A DNA stretch of 38,762 nucleotides from Acidobacteriota bacterium (GCA_031362765.1 JANLTD010000877.1:1-38762); one strand, 5' to 3'. Counted from the stretch's first letter, positions 1-10,195 are shown. The notes: generated from the sequence alone by a model not told the origin. Made by a program: numbers and translations.

Positions 1-1
1 A

Positions 2-1516
2 CTCAAACGTCTGGAAAGTTCAGTTGAGTCATTTCGCCTGACTTTGAAAAAACTAAAAGCCAATCTTTTACGGACACTTTCACAAATTGATGCCTATCAG
101 CAAACAAAAACCGACATCCGCATAGAAGATATTTCAGAGGCTTTTGCCGGTGCCGAACTGGAAGACGATGAGTTTCCCGATCCCGATGAAATGAAAATTG
201 GCGGAAAGGTTCAGATCAGTTTAGCTGATATGGATTTGCCGCGCTGGGAACACGATCTTAAAGCCGATCTCGAAGTGATTGAGAGTCTGATTGAAGAAAT
301 GGAAAAGGTTTCGCCTGCCGACGATTCAAAACTCCAGCATTTGAAAACAGTGCTTGAGAGTAAGTTAGCTTCTCCGATCAATATAGGCAACAAAAAAGTT
401 TTGATCTTTACGGCGTTTGCCGATACAGCGAATTATCTTTACGAACATATTTCGAGTCATTTTCTTATCAAGCACGACATACATTCGGCAAAGGTGACGG
501 GTTCAGATAGTCCTAAAACAACGCTTGAAAAACATTACGATTTTCAGTCTGTTTTGACACTCTTTTCGCCGCATTCAAAAGAAAAAGACAAGATTTTACC
601 TAACGAAAAAAATGAGATAGATTTTCTCATTGGAACTGATTGTATTTCCGAAGGACAGAATTTGCAGGACTGCGATTATCTGATCAATTACGATATTCAT
701 TGGAATCCGGTGCGAATCATCCAACGATTCGGCAGAATTGACCGTATCGGATCACGCAATGAGAGCATTCAATTAGTAAATTATTGGGCAGATATTAGCC
801 TTGACGAATACATCAATCTCAAAGAACGTGTCGAAAATCGAATGGTGATTGCGGACGTGACTGCGACCGGCGACGACAATCCTCTTAGTGCGAAGGCAAA
901 TGATCTGGCGTATCGAAAGGAACAGCTTCGCCGCCTGCAGGAAGATGTCATCGATATGGAAGACCTCAAAACAGGTATTTCCATTACTGATCTCGGTCTT
1001 AATGATTTTCGGATGGATTTGGTCAAATATGTGAAATTGAACGGCGAACTTGCCGGACTTCCAAACGGTTTACACGCAATAATTCCGCCCAATGATAAAG
1101 GCTTAAAACCGGGAGCGATTTTCGCGCTTCGCAATCGAAATCAAGGCGTGAAGATTGCACATCATAATCGCTTGCATCCTTATTACCTCGTTTATGTTAG
1201 AAACGACGGAGAGATTATCGTAGATCATACAGAAGTAAAAAGGCTGCTCGATCTTGTGCGAACTTCCTGCGCGAATCAGACGGAACCGAATGCCGAATCC
1301 TGTCAAACATTTAACGAATTGACCGAAGACGGGCGGAAAATGGAGTTTTATTCAAACCTGCTCAATAGTGCGATAAATTCGATTATCGAAATTAAAGACG
1401 ACAGCGATCTTGACAGTTTGTTTAGTCCCGGACGAACTTCCGCTCTAGTTGAGACGCTTTCAGGTCTGGACGATTTTGAATTGGTTGCCTTTATCGTTGT
1501 TCAGGAGGCAGCGTAA
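2..1516 (+). CDS. SNF2-family helicase, C-terminal part (gene continues beyond the left window edge)
   Basis: The frame is open from nt 2 (LKRLESSVESFRLTLKKL...), so the TTG at 44 in the ORF track is not a true start. Helicase C-terminal domain motifs are present: VLIFTAFADTANYL and FLIGTDCISEGQNLQDCDYLINYDIHWNPVRIIQRFGRIDRIGS. Confidence 0.85.
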   Translation, partial: LKRLESSVESFRLTLKKLKANLLRTLSQIDAYQQTKTDIRIEDISEAFAGAELEDDEFPDPDEMKIGGKVQISLADMDLPRWEHDLKADLEVIESLIEEMEKVSPADDSKLQHLKTVLESKLASPINIGNKKVLIFTAFADTANYLYEHISSHFLIKHDIHSAKVTGSDSPKTTLEKHYDFQSVLTLFSPHSKEKDKILPNEKNEIDFLIGTDCISEGQNLQDCDYLINYDIHWNPVRIIQRFGRIDRIGSRNESIQLVNYWADISLDEYINLKERVENRMVIADVTATGDDNPLSAKANDLAYRKEQLRRLQEDVIDMEDLKTGISITDLGLNDFRMDLVKYVKLNGELAGLPNGLHAIIPPNDKGLKPGAIFALRNRNQGVKIAHHNRLHPYYLVYVRNDGEIIVDHTEVKRLLDLVRTSCANQTEPNAESCQTFNELTEDGRKMEFYSNLLNSAINSIIEIKDDSDLDSLFSPGRTSALVETLSGLDDFELVAFIVVQEAA

Positions 1517-1522
1517 AGACTA

Positions 1523-2176
1523 ATGCTTTTTGCCTATCCACAAAAAGCTTTTTTCGGACGTGTTTTGCCGAAAAACAAGATTTACGCAAACGCTAGAATT
1601 TCGACGGCTTTGAAGCGGAAATTTATTGATCAGATTGAAAAAATTGTTTGGGAATACAAATTATCGCCCGAAACCATTAATCTACCCGGAAAGAAAACCG
1701 CACCGGAAATTGAGATTTTCACAATTACGCTCCGTCAATCTGAAATTCGTGAAGACGTTTTGCGGTGCATTGATAACGCGATTCCTTTTCCGATAATTTA
1801 CGAATTTGTTTTTGAAAAACAAATTAAGACCAAAGCTGCCTTTAAGCGTCCGAGTGAAGGCGACTCAAATAAATGGGTGACGGAAATTTATTTTGAAAGC
1901 GATTGGCAGAGAGTTGACGCCGAACGCGATATTTTGCCGATCGCGCTTGATTTAGAAGTTTTATATGAAAAGATTCTGCGTAGTTTGATGCCAAATTCAA
2001 AGGTTGGTGAAGACCTTCGCGAGCAGGTTCAGCGTCTCACAGAAATGCGCGCCTTACAGAATGAAGCGGAAAAGCTGGAATCAAAGATTCGCAAGGAAAA
2101 ACAGTTTAACCGCAAGGTCGAATTAAACGCCGAATTGCGGAAGTTGAAAAATGAGCTTGCGGAATTGAGAAGTTAA
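1523..2176 (+). CDS. DUF4391-like protein (helicase/methylase-associated)
   Basis: Starts 7 nt after the helicase stop. The N-terminus LFAYPQKAFFGRVLPKNKIY and ...NAIPFPIIYEF fit my memory of DUF4391, which typically sits between an SNF2 helicase and a DNA methyltransferase. The C-terminus is a charged coiled coil. Confidence 0.6.
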   Translation: MLFAYPQKAFFGRVLPKNKIYANARISTALKRKFIDQIEKIVWEYKLSPETINLPGKKTAPEIEIFTITLRQSEIREDVLRCIDNAIPFPIIYEFVFEKQIKTKAAFKRPSEGDSNKWVTEIYFESDWQRVDAERDILPIALDLEVLYEKILRSLMPNSKVGEDLREQVQRLTEMRALQNEAEKLESKIRKEKQFNRKVELNAELRKLKNELAELRS

Positions 2177-2199
2177 GGCAGTTTTTGAATTTTATAAAG

Positions 2200-2613
2200 A
2201 TGATGGCTGATGAAGAGTTAAAGAAAATCAATAATCTTCCACAGCTGAAAACATTTCGGGTCACACTCCGAAAAAATCTGACACCGGCGGAAGCGACGCT
2301 TTGGAAATTCTTGAAAAGTTCTCAACTCGACGGTCGAAAATTCAGGCGGCAGCACAGCGTCGGGAACTATATTCTCGATTTCTACTGTCCTTCGGAACGG
2401 CTGGCAATCGAACTCGACGGCGAAGGACATTTTAACGAGCGAGCGATGGAATATGATTACGAACGAAAGTTATTCTTAAATTCTTTTGCAATAAAAGTCA
2501 TCAGATTTGAAAACAAATTAGTGTTCGAGGAACTTGAATACGTTCTGAACAAAATAACTTCTAATTTCGGATGGCGGGAAAAACAAACAAACAAAAACTC
2601 CCCTCCTTCCTAA
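2200..2613 (+). CDS. DUF559 / Vsr-like endonuclease-domain protein
   Basis: LTPAEATLWKFLKSSQLDGRKFRRQHSVGNYILDFYCPSERLAIELDGEGH is the classic DUF559 signature. ATG at 2200 is preferred over the track's TTG at 2185. Confidence 0.8.
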   Translation: MMADEELKKINNLPQLKTFRVTLRKNLTPAEATLWKFLKSSQLDGRKFRRQHSVGNYILDFYCPSERLAIELDGEGHFNERAMEYDYERKLFLNSFAIKVIRFENKLVFEELEYVLNKITSNFGWREKQTNKNSPPS

Positions 2614-2735
2614 GGAGGGGTGGATGCCGCTTCGGCAGACGTGGTGGTTCATAATGTTTATCAGCAGATTTATTTGAGGAAAAGAAAACCACCCCGTCCG
2701 TGAAGAACGGACACCCCTCCTAAAACAGGAGGGAA
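2599..2735 (+). promoter_or_regulatory. Highly structured intergenic RNA/DNA element (nested CCCCTCCT / AGGAGGGG hairpins)
   Basis: Hairpin cccctcctt-cct-aaggagggg lies at 2600-2620 and overlaps the DUF559 stop. Hairpin ccctcct-aaaac-aggaggg lies at 2715-2733. The alternative long-range pairing aggaggggtg (2613-2622) with cacccctcct (2712-2721) is also possible. Inner pairs are tgccg/cggca, acgtggtggtt/aaccaccccgt and gtccgt/acggac. Confidence 0.5.
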
Positions 2736-2749
2736 GTTTAAGAAGGAAT

Positions 2750-4729
2750 ATGGAAAAATTAAAAATGCACACGCCGGATTTTACTGACGAGAATATTGCC
2801 CGCCTTGCGGGGCTTTTTCCGAACTGCGTGACCGAATCACTTGATGAAAACGGACAGCTCAAACACTTGATTGATTTTGACCGGCTCAAACAGGAGCTTT
2901 CGGGCAATATCGTCGAAGGATCACAGGAGCGTTATCATCTCGATTGGGCGGGCAAACGCGAAGCCTTGTTGACGGCAAACGCGCCGATTGCCAAAACCTT
3001 GCGTCCCGTCCGCGAAGAATCGGTTGATTACGACACGACAAGAAATCTCTATATCGAGTGCGACAATCTCGACGCGCTCAAACTCTTGCAGGAAACATAT
3101 CTCGGCAAGGTCAAGATGATCTATATTGATCCGCCGTATAACACGGGCAACGATTTTATTTACGAAGACGATTTTGCCGAAGATAAAGACGCGTATTTCC
3201 GTAAATCAATGCAGAAAGACGAAGAAGGAAATCGGCTGGTGGCGAATAACGAATCGAACGGGCGTTTTCATTCCGATTGGCTTTCGATGCTTTATCCGCG
3301 TTTGAAACTGGCGCGGAATCTGCTTCGTGATGACCGCGTTATTTTTATTTCGATTGACGATAATGAACAGGCGAATTTGAAACGAATGTGCGACGAAGTT
3401 TTTGGTGAAGATAATTTGGTTGCTTCTATTCCTTGGCAATCTCGGCAGTCAATTCAAAACGACACTGATATTAGCGTAAGTCATGAATACATAATTGCGT
3501 ATGCAAAGGTTAGAAGATTGAGTAACCGAAGATTGAAAGAATCAAATAAGGATAAATGGTATAAAGACGATAGTTTTGCTATTTATCCGTTGCCACTAGA
3601 CAAAGGTAATTTTTCAAATCCCGATAATGATTCAAGAGGATTGTGGAAAGCAAATCCTTTTGACGCTCCTGGTGTGCGTCGAAATTTAACTTACGAAATT
3701 GAAAATCCAAAAACGGGAGAGAAGCATCTTCCACCGCAAGGACGACATTGGGGAACTGAAGAACATACCTTTAAAAAACTATTTGAAGACAAAAGAATTT
3801 TATTTGGAACGTCGGGAACAAGTCGTCCTCAAGTAAAAATGTTTTATGAAGAAAAAAAGGAGTTTGGAACAATCGAAAATACTTGGTTTGATGGGCAACG
3901 AACAGGAACGGCAACAAAAGGAACAAAAGAATTGCAAAGTCTTTTCGACGGTATTGCTCCGTTCGATACTTCCAAACCAACAACACTAATCAAACAACTG
4001 CTAAAATTGGCAACAAGAGAAGATGACATTATTTTAGATTTTTTCTCAGGTTCAGCCACAACCGCGCACGCCGTAATGCAGATTAACGCCGAAGACGGCG
4101 GCAATCGCCAATTTATTATGGTTCAGCTTCCCGAAGAAACCGACGAAAAAAGCGAATCCTTCAAAGCCGGATACAAAACAATCGCCGAAATCGGCAAAGA
4201 ACGCATCCGCCGTGCGGGAAAGAAAATAAAGGAAGAATCGGAAAAGAAAAACGCTGAAAATAAACAGCCTTTGTTTGATAAAGAATCCGAAATCCCAAAT
4301 CCGAAATCCCAAATCCGCATTGACATCGGTTTTCGCGTGCTGAAGATAGATTCATCGAATATGAAAGATGTCTATTATTCGCCCGACACCGCAATGCAGG
4401 GAAATCTGCTCGATCAAATCGGCAATATCAAGGAAGACCGCACTGCGGAAGACCTTTTGTTTCAGGTTCTGGTTGATTGGGGAATTGACCTCACGCTGTC
4501 GATTCACACAGAAACGATTGCCGGAAAAACTGTCTATTTCGTTGACGAAAACGCCATCGCCGCCTGTTTTGATTCGGGCATCACGGAAGACTTCATCAAA
4601 GAACTGGCCAACCGCCAACCGCTCCGCGCCGTTTTTCGCGATTCGGGCTTTGAAAGCGACAACGTGAAAATCAACGCCGAACAGATTTTCAAATCAATTT
4701 CACCGTCAACCGAAGTCAAGGCGATTTGA
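2750..4729 (+). CDS. Site-specific DNA methyltransferase, beta-class N6-adenine/N4-cytosine (Type III Mod-like)
   Basis: The catalytic motif IYIDPPYNTGNDFIY lies upstream of the AdoMet motif ILDFFSGSATTAHAV (order IV then I, i.e. beta class). SD aagaagga precedes the ATG. Confidence 0.9.
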   Translation: MEKLKMHTPDFTDENIARLAGLFPNCVTESLDENGQLKHLIDFDRLKQELSGNIVEGSQERYHLDWAGKREALLTANAPIAKTLRPVREESVDYDTTRNLYIECDNLDALKLLQETYLGKVKMIYIDPPYNTGNDFIYEDDFAEDKDAYFRKSMQKDEEGNRLVANNESNGRFHSDWLSMLYPRLKLARNLLRDDRVIFISIDDNEQANLKRMCDEVFGEDNLVASIPWQSRQSIQNDTDISVSHEYIIAYAKVRRLSNRRLKESNKDKWYKDDSFAIYPLPLDKGNFSNPDNDSRGLWKANPFDAPGVRRNLTYEIENPKTGEKHLPPQGRHWGTEEHTFKKLFEDKRILFGTSGTSRPQVKMFYEEKKEFGTIENTWFDGQRTGTATKGTKELQSLFDGIAPFDTSKPTTLIKQLLKLATREDDIILDFFSGSATTAHAVMQINAEDGGNRQFIMVQLPEETDEKSESFKAGYKTIAEIGKERIRRAGKKIKEESEKKNAENKQPLFDKESEIPNPKSQIRIDIGFRVLKIDSSNMKDVYYSPDTAMQGNLLDQIGNIKEDRTAEDLLFQVLVDWGIDLTLSIHTETIAGKTVYFVDENAIAACFDSGITEDFIKELANRQPLRAVFRDSGFESDNVKINAEQIFKSISPSTEVKAI

Positions 4730-4809
4730 CCGCAATGCGGAAATTATTCGGGACATTTCCTTTTACTTTTTGTCCTATTTAGTTGTAATCAGAACAAAAA
4801 TAAGGCGAT

Positions 4810-4853
4810 AATGTCCTGATTAGCCTTAAAAAGGATGAAAATGTCCTGATTAG
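4810..4853 (+). promoter_or_regulatory. Putative operator: two identical 14-bp direct repeats AATGTCCTGATTAG with starts 30 bp apart
   Basis: Exact copies at 4810-4823 and 4840-4853, 16 nt upstream of the wHTH-Fic start. A partial inverted copy (ggaaatgtccc on the other strand) lies near 4751-4763. Confidence 0.45.
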
Positions 4854-4868
4854 GAACTGCAAAACGAA

Positions 4869-6275
4869 ATGGCAGGAAAAAAAACAGCCGAAATAGAATC
4901 TGTAATTTTAGAACTGTTGACCGGACAGTCCGAAGTCAGCATTCGCTCGATTGCCCCGGCAGCGGGTTTGTCGCCGGACACCGAAACCGACCGTAAAGCG
5001 ATTCAGCGGGCATTAATCTCACTCGAACGGCAGAATTCGATAATTTCCAAAGGTGAAGGACGTTCGCGTGTCTATGTTTTATCACCCGAGTTTGCCGAGA
5101 AAACAAAAGCATCGGAAAGCGAGAAAACGGAAGATGGCGATTATTTCAAAGGAATCACGCTCTCGCCCGAATCCGAAAACTTGTTAAAAAGCGTTTCACA
5201 GTCGATTGAGAAGCGCATCCCGGTCGGATACAATCTGGAATTTCTGAATTTGTATGAGCCGAACGAAACATTTTATCTGTCTGCCGAACAGCGCGAAAAA
5301 TTACTTTCAATCGGGCGCGCAGAAATAACGGAACGTCCTGCCGGCACATATGCCCGAAACATCCTTGACCGGCTCTTGATAGACCTCTCATGGAATTCAA
5401 GCCGGCTTGAGGGCAACACTTATTCTTTGCTTGAAACAAAGCGTTTAATCGAGCTTGGCGAAACGGCGACCGGAAAGGACGCATCGGAAGCCCAAATGAT
5501 TCTGAATCATAAAGCCGCTATCGAATATATAGTCGAAACTTCTACAGACGATCAGATAACATCTCACGAAGTTTGCAGCATTCACGCGCTTTTGTCCGAA
5601 AACCTTTTAGGCGATCCGGCAGCATCGGGACGCATCAGGAATATTGCGGTCGGCATCAGCGGCACAACATATATTCCGCTGGAAAATCCTCATGTGCTGC
5701 GTGATTGTTTAGAGCTTTTTGTCGAAAAAATCAATCGCATCGAAGACCCTTTCGAGCAGTCATTTTTTTCACTCGTTCATTTATCCTATTTGCAGGCGTT
5801 TGAGGATGTGAATAAGAGAACGGCACGGCTGGCAGCCAACATTCCTTTGGTTAAGAAAAATCTGAAGCCGCTCTCGTTTGCGGACGTTAATAAAGATGCG
5901 TATGTCACTGCTCTTCTGGCAGTTTACGAAACAAACAATATCAGTTTGATCCGCGACCTCTATCTTTGGGCATACAGGCGTTCTTCACAGCGATACACCG
6001 CCATTCAGCAAGCGATGGGCGAGCCAAATTTGTTGAAACTAAAATATAGAAGGGAGATTCAGGAAATTGTGAAAACAATCATTCTCGAAAAGACCGAAGG
6101 ATTTGAGGTTACAAAGAAGATCCAAAACCTGACTGACGCAAAAAACTTTCCCGAATCCGAACGACAAGAGCTTATAAATCTGATCGAGACAGAGATTCTG
6201 AGTTTACACGAAGGAAGCGTCGCACGATTTAAGGTTCGTCCCAGCGAATATCAAGCCTGGAGGGCATTACAGTAA
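4869..6275 (+). CDS. wHTH + Fic-domain protein with degenerate active-site motif
   Basis: N-terminal winged helix (SIRSIAPAAGLS...ALISLERQNSIISKGEGRSRVYVL). The Fic core LQAFEDVNKRTARLAAN (nt 5793-5828 cover QAFEDVNKRTAR) aligns to HPFx[DE]GNGRxxR with H>Q, P>A, G>V, G>K. Confidence 0.8.
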   Translation: MAGKKTAEIESVILELLTGQSEVSIRSIAPAAGLSPDTETDRKAIQRALISLERQNSIISKGEGRSRVYVLSPEFAEKTKASESEKTEDGDYFKGITLSPESENLLKSVSQSIEKRIPVGYNLEFLNLYEPNETFYLSAEQREKLLSIGRAEITERPAGTYARNILDRLLIDLSWNSSRLEGNTYSLLETKRLIELGETATGKDASEAQMILNHKAAIEYIVETSTDDQITSHEVCSIHALLSENLLGDPAASGRIRNIAVGISGTTYIPLENPHVLRDCLELFVEKINRIEDPFEQSFFSLVHLSYLQAFEDVNKRTARLAANIPLVKKNLKPLSFADVNKDAYVTALLAVYETNNISLIRDLYLWAYRRSSQRYTAIQQAMGEPNLLKLKYRREIQEIVKTIILEKTEGFEVTKKIQNLTDAKNFPESERQELINLIETEILSLHEGSVARFKVRPSEYQAWRALQ

Positions 6276-6313
6276 CTTCCATCCAAAGATAATTTCAAAC
6301 AAGGGTAATATTT

Positions 6314-9300
6314 ATGAAACTCAAATTCAAAAAACAAGAGTATCAAACCGACGCCGTTAATGCGGTCGTCAACTGCTTTAAGGGACAACCACCAAGTAGC
6401 AGCGTAAAATATCGGCTCGATCCCGGTCAAAGCGATAAACTCACGTTATTCCAAAATGTCGAAGTGTCGGGTTTCGCCAATGATGATTTTCGCCTGACCG
6501 CACCGCAGATTTATGAAAATATTCAAAACGTTCAGCGCGGGCAAAATCTTTCCGTTTCCAACGAATTAGTCGGCGACAAGAAAACAGGTTGTCAAATAAA
6601 TCTCGATGTCGAAATGGAAACCGGAACGGGAAAAACTTATTGCTACATCAAAACGATGTTTGAACTATATCGGCAATACGGCTGGAGCAAATTCATCGTC
6701 GTCGTGCCGAGCATCGCCATCCGCGAAGGCGTTCACAAATCGTTTGAAATCACGGCCGAACATTTCCTCGAAGATTACGGAAGGCGCGCCAGATTTTTCA
6801 TCTACAATTCAAAACAGCTTCACAATCTCGAAAGTTTTTCATCCGACGCGGGAATCAACGTAATGATTATCAATGTTCAGGCGTTCAATGCACGAGGAAA
6901 GGATAATCGTAGGATTTACGAAGAACTTGATGATTTTCAATCACGCCGACCGATTGACGTCATCAAAGGAAATCGCCCGATTTTGATTCTCGACGAACCG
7001 CAGAAAATGGGCGGCGATGCAACAATGGAATCGCTCAAAGAATTTAAAGCGTTGATGATTCTACGCTACTCAGCCACGCATAAAACGACTTACAACAAAA
7101 TTCATCGGCTTGATGCTCTTGATGCTTATAACCAAAAACTCGTCAAAAAAATCGCCGTTCGCGGAATCTCGGTGAAAGGTTTGACGGGAACAAATGCGTA
7201 TCTTTATCTAAACGAAATAATCGTGTCCACTGATAAGCCGCCGATGGGATCTTTGGAGTTTGAAGTTAACCAAGGAAATGGAATCAAACGAATTACAAGA
7301 AAAGTAAAAAAAGGCGACAATTTATTTGATCTTTCCAATTACCTCGATCAATACAAAGGCTTGGTGATTTCCGATATTGACGCTCGAAATAATACGCTGA
7401 GTTTTACCCAAAAAGAGCCAATAAATGTCGGCGAAGTGATCAACGATCAAAGCGAAGAAGTTTTACGGCGAATCCAAATCCGCGAGGCCATCAAAGCACA
7501 TTTTGAAAAAGAGAGTATGCTTTTTCATCAAGGCATTAAAGTATTGACGCTCTTTTTTATTGATACGGTTTCGAAATACCGGAAATACGACGAAAGCAGC
7601 GAACAAACGGGCGAATACGCCAAATATTTTGAGGAAGAATATCAAAATTTGTTATCGCAATTACCACTACTTCACGAAGATGAATATGCGAATTACCTGA
7701 AAAGAATTCCGCCCGAAAAAACGCACAACGGTTATTTTTCGATTGATAAAAAAAGTAAACGGCTAGTTGACCCATCTTTTAAAACGACTGGCGAAACAGC
7801 GGGGCAAACGGATGATGTTGATGCTTACGATTTAATTCTAAAAGACAAGGAAAGATTGCTTTCATTCGACGAACCGACACGCTTTATCTTTTCCCATTCC
7901 GCTCTGCGCGAAGGTTGGGATAACCCGAATGTATTTGTGATCTGTACGCTCAAACACAGCGACAACACGATTTCCCGCAGGCAGGAAGTCGGACGCGGAA
8001 TGCGAATTTCCGTCAATCAAGCCGGCGACCGAATGGACAACCCGGCGACCGTTCACGACATAAATGTTTTGACGGTTGTCACAAGCGAAAGTTATACCAA
8101 TTTTGTGACGGCATTGCAGAAAGACATCAGTCAATCGCTGTCGAGCCGACCAAAAATCGCCGATAAGGCTTATTTTACTAATAAGGTTTTGAGAACTTCT
8201 GAAGGCGATGTCAAAGTTACGCCCGAAATGGCTTCGCATATGGAGTTTTACCTTATTCAAAACGGTTATGTTGATGTGGATCGGCACATCACCGAGAAAT
8301 ATCACGCGGCGAAACGTGAAGAATCACTGGCACCTTTGCCGAAAGTTCTTTCCGCCCACGGCGAACAGGTTTTTTCGCTGATTGATAGTGTCTTTAGCGA
8401 TGCCCTCTTGCCAAAAGTCGAAGATGATCGCAAAATCCAGGTAAACCACCTTAATGCAAATTTTCAGAAAAAAGAATTTCAGGAACTTTGGAACAAAATC
8501 AATCAAAAAGCCGCCTACACAGTTCACTTCGATTCTTCCGAATTGGTTGAAAAATGTGGCGCTGAACTGAATTCGAATCTGCGGGTTACAAAACTTCAAT
8601 ATACGATTCAGCGCGGACAACAAACTGATTCGGCGACCTATGACGAACTGAAACAGGGTGAAGCGTTCAAATTAGCCGAAACCGCTACCGAAAGTGTTGG
8701 CTCATCTGTCCATTCGGCTGTGAAATACGATCTAATCGGTAGAATTGCCGAAGGAACAAAACTAACACGTCAGACGATTGCCGAAATTCTTACGAAGATT
8801 CAACAAATTGTTTTTGATCAATTCAAAGAAAATCCCGAAGATTTTATTGCGAAAGCGGCAACGCTTATTAATGAACAAAAAGCAACAATGATAGTTGAGC
8901 ATTTGGCATACGATCCAATCGAAGAGAAATACGATACGAATATATTTACGCAGGACAAAACTAAAAGAAATCTTAGCGGCGAAATTCTCAAACGACACAT
9001 TTATGATTATGTCGTGACCGATTCAAAAATAGAACGCGATTTCGTCACGAATCTCGACACCAGCGAAGAAGTTGTGGTCTATGCGAAACTTCCGCGAGGG
9101 TTTTCAATCCCGACACCGGTCGGTGATTATAACCCAGACTGGGCGATTTCGTTTAAGGAAGGCATGGTCAAACACATTTATTTTGTTGCCGAAACGAAAG
9201 GCTCTTTATCATCTATGGAACTGCGAAAAGTCGAACAGTCCAAAATTGAATGCGCCAAGAAGTTCTTTTCAAGAATTACGTCAGATCAAGTTAAATATGA

Positions 9301-9343
9301 TGTTATCAATAACTATGAAAAGCTAATACAAATTGTGAAATAA
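6314..9343 (+). CDS. Type III restriction enzyme Res-like subunit (DEAD/DEAH helicase + PD-(D/E)xK nuclease)
   Basis: Walker [21 protein letters not shown]-equivalent [10 protein letters not shown], helicase C motifs [18 protein letters not shown] and QEVGRGMR. C-terminal nuclease motif YNPDWAI...IYFVAETKG. Confidence 0.9.
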   Translation: MKLKFKKQEYQTDAVNAVVNCFKGQPPSSSVKYRLDPGQSDKLTLFQNVEVSGFANDDFRLTAPQIYENIQNVQRGQNLSVSNELVGDKKTGCQINLDVEMETGTGKTYCYIKTMFELYRQYGWSKFIVVVPSIAIREGVHKSFEITAEHFLEDYGRRARFFIYNSKQLHNLESFSSDAGINVMIINVQAFNARGKDNRRIYEELDDFQSRRPIDVIKGNRPILILDEPQKMGGDATMESLKEFKALMILRYSATHKTTYNKIHRLDALDAYNQKLVKKIAVRGISVKGLTGTNAYLYLNEIIVSTDKPPMGSLEFEVNQGNGIKRITRKVKKGDNLFDLSNYLDQYKGLVISDIDARNNTLSFTQKEPINVGEVINDQSEEVLRRIQIREAIKAHFEKESMLFHQGIKVLTLFFIDTVSKYRKYDESSEQTGEYAKYFEEEYQNLLSQLPLLHEDEYANYLKRIPPEKTHNGYFSIDKKSKRLVDPSFKTTGETAGQTDDVDAYDLILKDKERLLSFDEPTRFIFSHSALREGWDNPNVFVICTLKHSDNTISRRQEVGRGMRISVNQAGDRMDNPATVHDINVLTVVTSESYTNFVTALQKDISQSLSSRPKIADKAYFTNKVLRTSEGDVKVTPEMASHMEFYLIQNGYVDVDRHITEKYHAAKREESLAPLPKVLSAHGEQVFSLIDSVFSDALLPKVEDDRKIQVNHLNANFQKKEFQELWNKINQKAAYTVHFDSSELVEKCGAELNSNLRVTKLQYTIQRGQQTDSATYDELKQGEAFKLAETATESVGSSVHSAVKYDLIGRIAEGTKLTRQTIAEILTKIQQIVFDQFKENPEDFIAKAATLINEQKATMIVEHLAYDPIEEKYDTNIFTQDKTKRNLSGEILKRHIYDYVVTDSKIERDFVTNLDTSEEVVVYAKLPRGFSIPTPVGDYNPDWAISFKEGMVKHIYFVAETKGSLSSMELRKVEQSKIECAKKFFSRITSDQVKYDVINNYEKLIQIVK

Positions 9344-9406
9344 GAAGTAATATTAAATTTTCCGATTTCATAAAATCGTAGACATTTATTAAACAGGAGA
9401 ATTTGA

Positions 9407-10195
9407 ATGACCGCGAGCGAGACAAATTCAGCCGATATTAAAAAATTAACCAAACGAAAAAAAGAGACGGGCAATCTTTATACGCGCCGTCCCGACGCGG
9501 AGCTGCAAATTGGCAAAGTCCTCTCGCTGGATTCAGAGCAAATTCTCGAATTTACGAAGGTCAGAGAGCGCAATGCGGCGGATTATCTGCTCGATGAAAC
9601 GATTGTTTATCTATTGCGCGAGATGCCTTTAAGGGAAGAAGATTTCCGTGAAGCTTTATACCGTGAACTTAACCGCCGCATCTGGAAACTGTTAAAGAAG
9701 TTTTACAAAAGATTTAAATCCGTCGCGGATTTTGAAGATTTCGGGCAAAAGATCGAGCTGGTGGTTATCAAAAAGATTTTTGATATAAAATCTGATTCAG
9801 CCGATTACGCGCAAGTCAATTTCGGCGATTTTGTCATTAAAACAGCGAAAGTCGTCTGGCGCGGCGAACTCGTTAAGATCGAGCGCGAAAAAGATTTTTC
9901 TTATACGGAACGTGAAGGCGATGACGAAGAGAACCGCAACCGGATCGAAAACAGCATCAAATCAAATGACGCGCTCACCGATTACACGATGATGCTCAAG
10001 GAAGGGTTAGATAAACTGCCGCCGCATATTATGACTGTCGCCGAATTGCTGCTCGACGGCTGGCAAATTGAAAGCAAGGATGAAATGGAACCGACGATCA
10101 GCAGAAAACTCGATGTCAGCTCCCGAACGATTAGAAATTGGCTGAAAGAGGCGCGCGCGATTCTCGCCGATTATCAAGCAGAGGTAAGAAAATGA
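9407..10195 (+). CDS. Sigma-70/ECF-like protein (divergent) with C-terminal region-4-type HTH
   Basis: C-terminus LPPHIMTVAELLLDGWQIES...ISRKLDVSSRTIRNWLKEAR looks like sigma region 4. A central helical segment could be region 2. SD acaggag precedes the ATG. The assignment is tentative. Confidence 0.4.
   Translation: MTASETNSADIKKLTKRKKETGNLYTRRPDAELQIGKVLSLDSEQILEFTKVRERNAADYLLDETIVYLLREMPLREEDFREALYRELNRRIWKLLKKFYKRFKSVADFEDFGQKIELVVIKKIFDIKSDSADYAQVNFGDFVIKTAKVVWRGELVKIEREKDFSYTEREGDDEENRNRIENSIKSNDALTDYTMMLKEGLDKLPPHIMTVAELLLDGWQIESKDEMEPTISRKLDVSSRTIRNWLKEARAILADYQAEVRK

Noticed and set aside
781-1134. Numerous 60-150-aa ORFs antisense to or overlapping the large genes (e.g. 781-1134, 7862-8305, 11484-11882, 13348-13731, 18390-18779, 21487-21771, 28307-28630 and similar).
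   Set aside because: They lie wholly inside longer ORFs that carry clear conserved motifs. They have skewed, Arg/Ser/Phe-rich compositions typical of shadow frames and lack SD sequences.
4285-4317. 14-bp tandem repeat ATCCGAAATCCCAA (2.4 copies) inside the methyltransferase gene. Considered as a phase-variation (phasevarion) tract because 14 is not a multiple of 3.
   Set aside because: Only two full copies, far fewer than the long simple-sequence tracts that drive slipped-strand switching in mod genes. It lies in a low-complexity linker (ESEIPNPKSQIRI). No evidence for variability can be drawn from a single sequence.
10138-10191. Upstream extensions proposed by the ORF track (10138 for the XRE gene, 16488, 30530 GTG, 35916 TTG, 37358 TTG, 2185 TTG, 44 TTG).
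   Set aside because: Downstream ATGs have SD sequences or stop/start coupling. The extensions run through a predicted terminator (16497-16532) or an intron (37358), or the frame is open to the window edge (44).
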